64,000 nt of DNA, taken from the human T2T-CHM13v2.0 reference genome, Homo sapiens. The stretch lies in NCBI RefSeq assembly GCF_009914755.1, contig NC_060932.1, one strand, 5' to 3'. Position 1 is the stretch's first letter. Every line of letters begins with the position of its first letter. The notes under the pieces were generated by a model. It saw nothing but the letters and a program-made list of their open reading frames with translations, did no database searches and was not told where the DNA came from. Position numbers and translations under genes: made by a program. Positions 1-9,900 of the stretch are shown here, piece by piece.

Positions 1-1044
1 CTTGAGGGTGTTCAGGACCACGTTCAGGTACCTGTTCTTGTTGGGGCTGCAGTCGTAGGCCACCTTCTCCTCGTTCAGCGCCTTCTCCTCGGCCTCCTGC
101 TTGGAGGCGCAGAACTTGAGACACTCTTCGGTGAACAGTTGGAGATAGCCTCGGCGGAGGACGGTGGGGACTTGGCACCCAGAGCTTCGGAGGATAATGG
201 GTTTCTTCAAACTCAAACTCGGTAAGGATGCACGACGGACGATTCGCTTAGAGCTGGTGGTGGCGGTGGTCTTGCATGCCATCCCTGACCTGTTGCGCGT
301 CTTCCCTGGCTGTCTGCCGACCTTGGAGCCACGGGAGCGTTGGCTGCTGCTGGCCACCCGGGTTCTCTTGGCATCTGTGTAACCTGTGACCAAGCAAGGG
401 CTGGAAGAGTGGGCGATCGTCTTCCTCTTCCTGGGGGCTGAGATGCGGACTCCCGAGGGCCTCTCTGTCAGCCTTGGGGCGGCTGGCAAGCGGCAGGCCG
501 ATCCCCTCTGCGCAGGGAAGTAGCACGACTCCGTCACCATCTTGGGCCACGCTGGGGGCACCGCCGGACCCCTGTTCTGGGGCTCCGCCTGGATGTCCAC
601 AAATGCTGAGGCCTGCTTGTGCATCTGGGGCACCCAGAGCCCGAAGCTCTGGGCAGGCTGATGAGAGGGCAGTGGGAATTCTGGAGCCTCGAGGGCCGCC
701 TCCTCGGCCACCTTCTTAGCTTCTGGGTATCCAGGTGGGAACCAGCAGGGAGCTGTGGCTCGCAACATCTTGCTGCCTTCGGGAGCACCGGCCGGGCTCT
801 GCTCCGCTCCCAAATGGCGGCTTGCCTCCGGGGCCGCCTCCTTGGCCACCTTCTTAGCTTCTGGGTATCCAGGGCGGAACCAGCAGGGAGCTGTGGCTCG
901 CAACATCTTGCTGCCTTCGGGAGCACCGGCCTGGCTCTGCTCCCCTCCCAAATGGCGGCTTGCCTCCAGGGCCGCCTCCTCGGCCACCTTCTTAGCTTCT
1001 GGGTATCCAGGGGGGAACCAGCAGGGAGCTGTGGCTCGCAACAT
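1..1044 (-). CDS. REXO1L1: REXO1L/GOR exonuclease-like gene, 5' part (runs off the window start)
   Basis: ATG at 1044 ([10 protein letters not shown]...). Same sequence as the full copies. Confidence 0.85.
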   Translation of the reverse strand, partial: MLRATAPCWFPPGYPEAKKVAEEAALEASRHLGGEQSQAGAPEGSKMLRATAPCWFRPGYPEAKKVAKEAAPEASRHLGAEQSPAGAPEGSKMLRATAPCWFPPGYPEAKKVAEEAALEAPEFPLPSHQPAQSFGLWVPQMHKQASAFVDIQAEPQNRGPAVPPAWPKMVTESCYFPAQRGSACRLPAAPRLTERPSGVRISAPRKRKTIAHSSSPCLVTGYTDAKRTRVASSSQRSRGSKVGRQPGKTRNRSGMACKTTATTSSKRIVRRASLPSLSLKKPIILRSSGCQVPTVLRRGYLQLFTEECLKFCASKQEAEEKALNEEKVAYDCSPNKNRYLNVVLNTLK

Positions 1045-1099
1045 CTTGCTGCCTTCGGGAGCACCGGCCTGGCTCTGCTCCTCTCCCAACTGGCGGCTT
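686..1099 (-). repeat. 3 x 138-bp in-frame tandem repeat (46 aa) spanning the 5'UTR and N-terminus
   Basis: ATGs at 1044, 906 and 768, spaced 138 bp apart. Peptide [19 protein letters not shown] repeated three times. Confidence 0.95.
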
Positions 1100-1100
1100 C

Positions 1101-1261
1101 AATGAGTGCTGCGGCCGCCACTTGTCGCCTTTATATAGGCACAGGGCAGACTGGGTGGGACTTCTCCTTGATAGGTTGGTGCTTCAGTCCAATCACACTG
1201 AGCCTCATCTTCCACCAGACTCCAGCTTGGGAATGCCTCGGGGGGTGCGCTAATGGAATCA
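1101..1261 (-). promoter_or_regulatory. Predicted Pol II core promoter of the REXO1L copy
   Basis: Minus-strand TATATAAAG (1137-1129) and Inr-like CTCATT (1106-1101) about 30-34 bp downstream. GT box GGGTGGG at ~1153, CCAAT box at 1189-1193, TAATGGAATCA at 1251-1261. Confidence 0.7.
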
Positions 1262-1582
1262 ACTGGAACTCCCGGTTGCTAAACTTGGAGCTAGGTTGCT
1301 TTTCCTGAGTTAAGTAACTGTCCCTGCAGGGCAGTCCTATAATGGCTACTGGAATTGGGCTACCTAGGATTAAATTAAGGTTCAGGGAGGTTGGTCAACT
1401 TGCTTGGGCCCACACAGCACCCCTTGGAGCCAGGACTGGGCCAGCAGTCTGCTGCATGCTGGAGGGCGGGATCCCTCTGGGGCTGCCTTTCCCTGCTCTG
1501 TGCACTCCGCCGCTGCGGGCAAATTGAGGACAGGAAGCGGACCGCACCCACTTCTCTCCCAGGACTTGGGCAATGTTCAACA

Positions 1583-2471
1583 CAGGTGGTCTTCCAAAGG
1601 TTCATAGAAAATGCACATGGTGAAGAAACTATGCATGGATTTCCACTGGTGTGCACTAAAATAAACTTGTCCTAACTTCTGATAACCTTTCTGAACTAGA
1701 TCTAGTTTGAGGCACTAAGAAGGATGAGACATCCACTGAAAAGGACTCCCATCAGAGCAACATGAATTCCACGAAAACTGCAGCAAGAGGAAACATCAAA
1801 TTTATGGTGAAGCTTGGGTGGAAGATTGAAGAAATCATTGACGTTTTAAGAAAAGCTTGTAAGGACACTACCCCAAAGAAATGAACTCTTTACGAATGTA
1901 TAGCTTGTTTCAAGAAGAGGTGAGAAGATGTGGAAGATGAATCCTGCAGTGGCTGTGAAAACCACTGTGCCCAGATCAGCTGCAGTTACGACGAGAGCTA
2001 TCAGTGGAAATTTTAAACAGGAGGGATCACGATCCTGACTCATCCCTCTGACAAATTGTAAGCGGCAGTTGGAACATGGCTTCACCAATATGATCGCCAA
2101 GGCAAAGCATCATGAAAGCGATGGCTACCAAGAGGTGGCAGTGGTCCAGTCAAAGGAAAAGGAGGCCAGTCAGGAGCCCACATCATGGCATCAGTGTTTT
2201 GGGACACTCAAGGCATTTTGCTTGTTGACTTTCTGAAAGGCCAAACATCTGCTTATTAGGAGAGTGTTCTGAGAAGCTTAGATAAAGCTTTGGTAGAAAC
2301 ATGCTGGGAAAGTCTCACTAGATCCTTGTTCACCACATCAATGCTCTGCTCATTCCTCTCATCAAACAAGGGCAATTTTGTCAGTTTCAATGGGCAGTCC
2401 TTAGGAATTCACCTTACGGGCTGCTTTCATTCCTTCTAAATTCTTTTTGTTTCCTAATGATAAAAAGTCTC
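1583..2471 (+). mobile_element. Decayed Hsmar2 mariner DNA transposon (internal deletion, 3'-truncated)
   Basis: Left-TIR-like GGTCTTCCAAAGGTTCATAGAAAATG. ATG 1762 reads MNSTKTAARGNIKFMVKLGWK, followed by fragments WLPRGGSGPVK, VFWDTQGILLVDFL and FFLFPN. Contains stops and frameshifts. Confidence 0.88.
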
Positions 2472-2529
2472 CTTGCCTTGCTTGGAAAGATGAGAGAAAG
2501 TCTCCTTGCCTTGTTTGGACAGATGAGAG
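2464..2529. repeat. 2 x 33-bp direct duplication at the Hsmar2 truncation point (recurs in every unit)
   Basis: AAAGTCTCCTTGCCTTGYTTGGAMAGATGAGAG occurs twice. Confidence 0.85.
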
Positions 2530-4319
2530 ATGAGATCCTCCTCTTCTCTCCCAGGACAGAATGGTGAGACTTGAGTTTCCTTTCTCCTCATTCTTCTCCT
2601 CCTTGAGGGAGCTGCTGTGCCGGACAGACCTGCCCCCGTGTCTAGACACTGGTAGACTCGTTTAAGTTCCTCACAGGCAATCCTCCATGGGGTCAAAGTG
2701 GAAGGACTTATTTCTTCAGGGCTCAGTAGTCCACATCCTGGCGCGCACCTTCACCAGCCCAGGGCGGGGTAGAGGAGGGTGAAAGGGCGTGGCTCAGAGC
2801 CCGCTTCTTCCGCTCGGGCGTATCCTGGGAGGAACCCTTGTCCGGTGAGCATGTCTTCGTCTCTACCAAATTCCCTAGTGGGACATTTCTGGCAGCCCTA
2901 CTTGTTCAGCAGCTTACGGGGGTCAGGTGGACCTCTGCTAGTCACCAGCCTGAAGCCCTTTCTCCATTTCAGCTATTTTGGCAGTTGCCTAGGTGACTTT
3001 TGAACCTCATTATCCAGAACAGCAAACGGACGAGGGGTGAGAAGAGTGGCCGTCTGGGTTTGCAGCATAGTGCTGCCTTCTAGGAGTTGTGCAGTCTTCG
3101 ATTGTGTGAAACTTCACCTGGCTGATTTGTGGCAATGCCTCCACAAATTCGCTAAATTCAGTAGCTTTTGCCTTCCAAGATTCATTTACACAATGTTGAA
3201 TGCTTTAAAGGAATGAGCATGAAGAGTGCTGGGCTGGAAAGTGATGAGATGGGTGGTAGGGACTCCTCGGAGTAGAGGAGTAGAGTTTTACTATTATGAC
3301 TAGGAGGCAAATAAAAAGAAGCTGAACGTGATCCATAATAAAAGAAGCACACACTCACAGAGCTCCATACCAACTACATTAAAATGGAAATCATGATATT
3401 TGGAAATACAACTTAATTGGAAATCATTAAGTAATCTCATCAACCTTTTTACAGTGGGTGGCAGGGCTATGGAGGGAAAACAGCAATGGTTCTGGCACCT
3501 ACTTAACTTGATTCCATTAAATTCACCCAACAGGCCTCCAGAGAACATATTACTGCTTTGATATTACAAAGGGAAAAACAGCTATGGCGTCTCTGAAAAG
3601 CACAACGTGCTAGGACTGGAATGACTTTAAAACCACACATAAATTTCTGAGAGATTTTTGCCATAAGGTACCATCCACCTTACTGTAAACCACATCCTAA
3701 AATTGTCTGCAGTGCAAATGGATTATGTGCATCCAACAGGAAACAGCATAGGTTGAGAAGCTGTTACTTAATAGCTTCATTGTCACCACGAGTGTAAAAT
3801 GTGGGGTCTCATCACTTTTGCACCCACGTTTTGCCTGTTGGTTTCTCCACACTGTCAGGAGCATTTGACCAACTCACTGTGGCTCAGGGTCCCTTACGCA
3901 GCCTGTTGGGGAAACCAGTGGGTATTGAAGACCTGCCTCTGGTGTGCCAGGAGGTTGTGCCTGCCGGCCACTCTGACTTGCGATCTTCCGCCTCAGTGTA
4001 TGGCTTCCTACACCTGGATAATTAACATTGCCAGCATGATAAGGAGGTCCTTTCATCACTATTGCCACTAGTCCTTCCGACTCCTGTGCCCTGTTTCTCC
4101 TTTATTGGAACCCAAGAACGAGTAAACATAGCATTTTCAAACATCCCGCCCCCTTCCCTGGTAACACCAATATTCCACCATCCTAATTCCCTCACAAGCA
4201 TTCAGTCTCTCCACCCTGAGGTGGTGAAATCCCTGCAGGCATTTATAAGTATACCTGGACAGAAGAAATACAAGATACCGTTCTATTAACTCAATATAGT
4301 GTTGCTAAGTTCGTACTTT

Positions 4320-4865
4320 TGTTTGGTTTATTTTATTTTATAAATAGGTATCACTCGCATGGTTCCAAATGCGATAGGCACAGAGAGTATATATGATGGA
4401 ATTACATCCTCCTTCCCTGCACTCAGCAACCGAGATCTTCCCGCTACGGGCACTCAAAGGTTTCATTGTCTGAAATATCAGCCTAAACGTAGTTTATGTT
4501 TAGGAAGCAACAACCGTAAATAGGCCCACATCCAAACGGAGTGGATTTAGGTTTCACTTTTTCAAGGAAAAACCATCAAAGAATTTTTCCACATACTTGT
4601 AAACCATCCCACGTATAGAATCCATTTTTACTGACACAAATTTAGTACCAATAAACGACTCTTCTTCTCAATTTGTTTTATTTAACAATAAGTCTTGAAC
4701 GTCATTCCCAGTTAACATTTTGAAGAGTTTCCTCTCTTTCGTTCTGTTTTAGCTGCAAAGTATTCTTCCGTAAGGATGAACGTACTATAATTTATTAGCC
4801 AGCCACTTAGTGATGTACAATTAAGCAGTTTTAAATCTTTGACTCTTGGAAATATTGTTTCTCAC
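4320..4865 (-). mobile_element. Ancient L1M (L1ME-like) 3' fragment (recurs in every unit)
   Basis: GCTGCAAAGTATTCTTCCGTAAGGATGAACGTACTATAATTTATTAGCCAGCC resembles an antisense old-L1 3' end. Highly diverged, so boundaries are approximate. Confidence 0.5.
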
Positions 4866-4909
4866 ACATAAATATTTCTATAAAATAAATTAGTTGAATT
4901 AGAATTGTT

Positions 4910-5122
4910 GGAGTTCAAGACCAGCCTGGCCAACATGGTGAAACCCCATCTCTACTAGAAACACAAAATTAGCCGGACATGCCGGTACATGCCTCTAATC
5001 TCAGGTGAGGCAGGAGAATCACTTCAACCTGGGAGGCAGAGGTTGTAGTGACTCGAAATCACGCCACTGCACTCCAGCCTGGGCGACGCGAGCGAAACTC
5101 TGTCTCAAAAAACCAAAAAAAA
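4910..5122 (+). mobile_element. 5'-truncated Alu (AluS-like)
   Basis: GAGTTCAAGACCAGCCTGGCCAACATGGTGAAACCCC...CACTGCACTCCAGCCTGGGCGAC plus A tail. Small internal deletion. Confidence 0.92.
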
Positions 5123-5124
5123 TT

Positions 5125-5975
5125 AAACGTAAAAAGAAAAGCGGTACATATACCCAATAGAACACAATTCAGCCTTAAAAAAGAAAGAAATCATCTCATT
5201 GGCAACACGAATGAGCCTAGAGGATGGTACACTGAGTGAAAGAAAGCAAAGGCCAGGCACGGTGGCTCATGCCTGTAATCCCAGTACTTTGGGAGGCCAA
5301 GGCAGGTGGAAGCATTGAACCCAGGAGTTGGAGATGAACCTGGGCAACATGGTGAAACCCCATCTCTAAAAGAAACACAAAAATTAGCCAAGTGTGGCGT
5401 TGGACGCCTGTAGTCCTAGCTATTCAGGAGGCTGAAGCGGGAGGAACTCTCGACCCCGGGAGGTGGAGGCCGTGGTGAGTGAGCCGTGTTTGTGTCACTG
5501 TACTCCAGCCTGGGTGACAGACTGAGACCCTGTCTCAAAAAATAAATAATTACATAATAAAGATTTAAAAAGCAAGCACAAAAAGACAAATACTGCATGA
5601 TCTCACTTATATGTGCAATCTCCAACAATGCAACTCATAGCTGTAGAGAGCAGAACGGTGGTTACCCGAGGCAGGGGTCAGGGAGGGACTGGAGAGATGA
5701 TAGTCTCATGATACAAAATTTCAGAGAGGAATGGTTCTAGAGATCTATTGAACAGCCTGGCATCTACAGTGTATAAGTATGTATTGTATACTTGAAAATT
5801 GCTATAAGAGTAGATTTTAGACATGTCCTCATCACATTAAAATCAGTATGTGAGGAAACGAGTGTGTTAATTAGCTTGATTTTGTCATTCCACAATGTAT
5901 ACACGTATGAAACATCATGTTGTATGCCATAAATATATATAATTTTTATTTGTCAAGTTAAAATTAAAATTCATA
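5125..5975 (+). mobile_element. L1MA-type 3' end fragment interrupted by an Alu
   Basis: CAGCCTTAAAAAAGAAAGAAATC...AAAGACAAATACTGCATGATCTCACTTATATG...TTGAAAATTGCTATAAGAGTAGATTTT...TTAATTAGCTTGAT is typical of L1MA 3' ends. Confidence 0.8.
5251..5561 (+). mobile_element. Full-length old Alu (AluJ-like) nested in the L1MA fragment
   Basis: Starts GGCCAGGCACGGTGGCTCATGCCTGTAATCCCAG. Dimeric, with an A-rich tail. AAAGCAA on both flanks is a probable TSD. Confidence 0.93.
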
Positions 5976-6180
5976 TAAATTATAAAAATAAAATGAAATA
6001 ACATACACTACAAAAGACGTTTATTTATTAAATCCCCACAGAAGGGGTCTAAGTGATAAAGGAAAATAAAATTCCGGGAACGGTAAAATCAATCAGAAAT
6101 GCCCTACTTCAGTGCTTTCCGAAATTTGTCTGACAGAGTGGAAATCCAGTTTTTCACTAAGTCACTGTTCTGGAACAGTT

Positions 6181-6302
6181 TGTGTGTGTGTATGTATGTG
6201 TGTGAGGGCTCACATACACAAATTGAACTAATGGAAGTGTAAGCATTCAAATTATCAGTTTAATTTAGTTCTATACATATACACACACACACACTCACAC
6301 AC
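6181..6302. repeat. Short imperfect (TG)n and (CA)n tracts (recur in every unit)
   Basis: TGTGTGTGTGTATGTATGTGTGTG at 6181 and TACACACACACACACTCACACAC near 6280. Confidence 0.7.
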
Positions 6303-6514
6303 CGAAAACATTGATAAAATCAGCCATTCCAGCAAAACTAGCTACTTAGTGTCTATCTCTCCTTGAAGATTCAAACTAGAAATGAGGATTTAGAGAGGCA
6401 TGATGGTTCGTTCTCTCTTGGAGCCCAGTTCGAAGTTGACTGACTGATTCAGTCATTGTAATTGGTTGGTCTTGGGGAAGAATCCACTTTGACTCTTGGG
6501 AAGTCAGCTAGGTC

Positions 6515-6860
6515 AGCGGACAGAGCAGGGGCTCTGGAGCCAGACTGCCTGCACCCGACTTCTAGCTATGATACCTTGGATAAACTACTTATCACCTGGG
6601 CTTCAGGTTCCTCATCTGTAAAATGGGGATAAGAATGCTATCTCTCTCACAACTATTAGGAGGACTGACTGGGTTAATACGTGCAAAGTACCAAGTACAT
6701 AAGAAACCAACAGCCAGTGCTCATTACAATCATTATTATTTTGGGCAAGTTAAGCCGCATGGTTTCTTTAGGTATAAAATTAGGCTTTATTTACCTACCT
6801 GTTGGGTTGTTCCAAGGATTAATCACATAGTGTTCATGAATTCCCTTTATAAACTATTAT
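6515..6860 (+). mobile_element. MIR SINE fragments (recur in every unit)
   Basis: GGCTCTGGAGCCAGACTGCCTG...TTCCTCATCTGTAAAATGGGGATAAGAAT is the MIR core. A second fragment starts TTGGGCAAGTTA. Confidence 0.75.
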
Positions 6861-6875
6861 AGAAAAGAAATATAG

Positions 6876-6970
6876 TTAACATTAATTGAACACCTACTAT
6901 GTGCGATCGTTTTAAGGCTTGCCATGTGCTGCTTCATTCAGTCCGCACCATGACATTAGGATCACACTTT
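6876..6970 (-). mobile_element. MIR, first half (split by the L1PA insertion; recurs in every unit)
   Basis: ATTGAACACCTACTATGTGC...TCATTCAGTCC resembles the antisense MIR 3' part. Confidence 0.55.
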
Positions 6971-9900
6971 CGTTTTCCATTTTTTTTTAAATTATACTTT
7001 AATTACTAGGGTACATGTGCACAACGTGCAGGTTTATTACGTATGTAAGCACGTGCCATGTTGGTGTGCTGCACCCATTCACTAGTCATTTACATTAGGT
7101 ATATCTCTTAATGTTATCCCTCCCCCTCCCCCCGCCCATGACAGGCCCCGGTGTGTGATGTTCCCCTTTCTGCGTCCAAGTGTTCTCCTAGTTCAATTCC
7201 CACCTATGAGTGGGATCACGCGGTGTTTGGTTTTTTTGTCCTTGCGATAGTTTGCTAAGAATGATGGTTTCCAGCTTCATCCGTGTCCCTCCGAAGGGCA
7301 TGAACACATGCTTTTTTATGGCTGCATAGTATTCCACGGTGTATTTGTGCCACGTTTCCTTAATCCAGTCTATCATTGATGGACATCTGGGCTGGTTCCA
7401 AGTCTTTGCTACTGTGAACGGTGCCGCAATAAACATACGTCTGCGTGTGTCCTTTTAGCAGCATGATTTATAGTCCTATGGGTGTATACCCAGTAATGGG
7501 ACGGCTGGGTCAAATGGTATTTCTAATTCTAGATCCTTGAGGATTCGCCACACTATCTTCCACAACCGCTGAACTGGTTTACAGTCCCACCAGCAGTGTA
7601 AAAGTGTCCCTATTTCTCCACTACCTCTCCAGCACCTGTTGTTTCCTGACTTTTTTATTGATCGCTATTGTAACTGGTGTGAGACGATATCTCTTTGCGG
7701 ATTTGATTTGCATTTCTCTGATGACCAGTGTTGATGAGCATTTTTTCATGTGTCTGTTGGCTGCATAAATGTCTTCTTTTTAGAAGTGTCTCTTCATATC
7801 CTTCCCGCACTTGTTGATGGGGTTGTTTGGTTTTTCTTGTAACTCTGTTTGAGTTCTTAGTAGATTCTGGATATTAGCCCTTTGTCAGATGAGTAGATTG
7901 CAAAAATTTTCTCCCTTTCTGTAGCATGCCTGTTCACTCTGATGGGAGTTTCTTTAGCTGTGCAGAAACTCTTTAGTGTAATTAGATGCCGTTTGTCAAT
8001 ATTGGCTTTTGTTGCCTTTGCTTTTGGCGTTTTAGACATGAGGTCCTTGCCCATGCCTATGTCCTGAATGGTATTGCCTAGGTTTTCTCCTAGGGTTTGT
8101 ATGGCTTAAGATGTAACATTTAAGTCTTTCATCCGTCTTGAATAAACTTTTGTATAAGGTGTAAGGAAGGGATCCAATTTCACCTTCGGACATATGGCTA
8201 GCCAGTTTTCCCAGCACCATTTATTAAATAGGGAATCCTTTCCCCATTTCTTGTTTTTGTCAGGTTTGTCAAAGATCCGACGGTTGTAGATGTGTCGTAT
8301 TATTTCTGAGGGCTCTATTCTGTTCCATTGGTCTACAGTAACCAAAAAAAGGCAACCAACAGCATGCTGTTTGGTTACTGTAGGCTTGTAGTGTAGTTTG
8401 AAGTCGGGTAGCTTGATGCCTCCACCTTTGTTCTTTTGGCTTAGGATTATCTTGGCAGTGGGGGCCCTTTTGTGGTTCCATGTAAACTTTCAAGTAGTTT
8501 TTTCCAATTCTGTGAAGAAAGTCCTTGGTAGCTTGATGGGGATGGCATTGGATCTATAATATACCTTGGGCAGTATGGCCATTTTCACGATACTGATTCT
8601 TCCTAACCGTGAGCATGGAATATTCTTCCATTGGTTTGTGTCCTCTTTTATTTCGTGGAGCAGTGATTTGTAGTTCTCCTTGAAGAGGTCCTTCGCACAT
8701 CGCATCCCTTGTTAGTTGGATTCCTCAGAACTTTATTCTCTTTGAAGCAATTGTGAATGGGAGCTCAGTCATGATTTGGCTCTCTGTTTGCCTGTTATTG
8801 GTGTATGAGAATGCTTGTGTGTTTTGCACATCGATTTTGTATCCTGAGACTTTGCTGAAGTTGCTTATCAGCTTAAGGAGATTTTGGGCTGAGACGATGG
8901 GGTTTTCTAAATATTCAATCATGTCATCTACAAACAGGGACAATTTGACTTCCTCTTTTCCTAATTGATTACTCTTTATTTCTTTCTCCTGCCTGATTGC
9001 CCTGGCCAGAAGTTCCAACACTATGTTGAATAGGAGTGGTGAGAGAGGGCACCCCTGTCTTGTGGCAGTTTGCAAAGGGAATGCTTCCACTTTTTGCCCA
9101 TTCAGTATGATATTGGCTGTGGGTTTGCCCTAAATAGCCCTTATTATTTTGAGGTATGTCCCATCAGTACCTAATTTATTGAGAGTTTTTGGCATGAAAG
9201 GCTGTTGAATTTTGTCAAAGGCCTTTTCTGCATCTGTTGAGATAATCACGCGGTTTCTGTCTTTGGTTCCGATTATATGCTGGATTATGTTTATTGATTT
9301 GCATATGTTGGACCAGCCTTGCATGTCAGGGATGAAGCCCACTTGATCATAATGGATAAGCTCTTTGATGTGCTGCTGGATTCGGTTTGCCAGCATTTTA
9401 TGGAGGATTTTTCCATCGGTGTTCCTCAGGGATATGGGCCGAAAATTCTCTTTGTTGGTTGTGTCTCTCTCAGCCTTTGGGATCAGGATGATGCTGGCCT
9501 CATAAAATGAGATAGGGAGGATTCCCTCTTTTTCTGTTGATTGGAATAGTTTCCGAAGGAATGGTACCAGCTCCTCCTTGTACTTCTGGTAGAATTCGGC
9601 TGTGAATCCGTCTGGTCCTGGAGTTTTATTGCTTGATAGGCTATTAATTATTGCCTCAATTTCAGAGCCTGTTATTGGTCTATTCAGGCATTCAACTTCT
9701 TCCTGGTTTACTCTGGGGAGGTTGCATGTGTCCAGGAATTTATTCATTTCTTCTAGATTTCCGAGTTTGTTTGCCTAGAGGTGTTGACAGTATTCTCTCA
9801 TGGTAGTTTGTACTTCTGTGGGATCAGTGGTGATATCCCCTTTATCATTTTTTATTGCATCTGCTTGATTCTTCTTTCTTTCATTCTTTAATAGTCTTGC

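Noticed and set aside
686-1099. CRISPR-like repeat array
   Set aside because: The repeats are contiguous coding units with no spacers, in eukaryotic DNA.
1110-1250. CTCF site, as in the D4Z4 and DXZ4 macrosatellites
   Set aside because: The candidate matches (GCGACAAGTGGCG and CCTCAGGGGGTG) deviate at several core positions and cannot be supported without a PWM scan.
1762-2471. Domesticated mariner transposase (SETMAR-like fusion)
   Set aside because: There is a stop after 40 codons, plus frameshifts and a deletion, and it lies on the opposite strand from REXO1L.
6181-6302. Inverted TG/CA tracts as a structured RNA
   Set aside because: The complementarity comes from low-complexity sequence only, with no other support.
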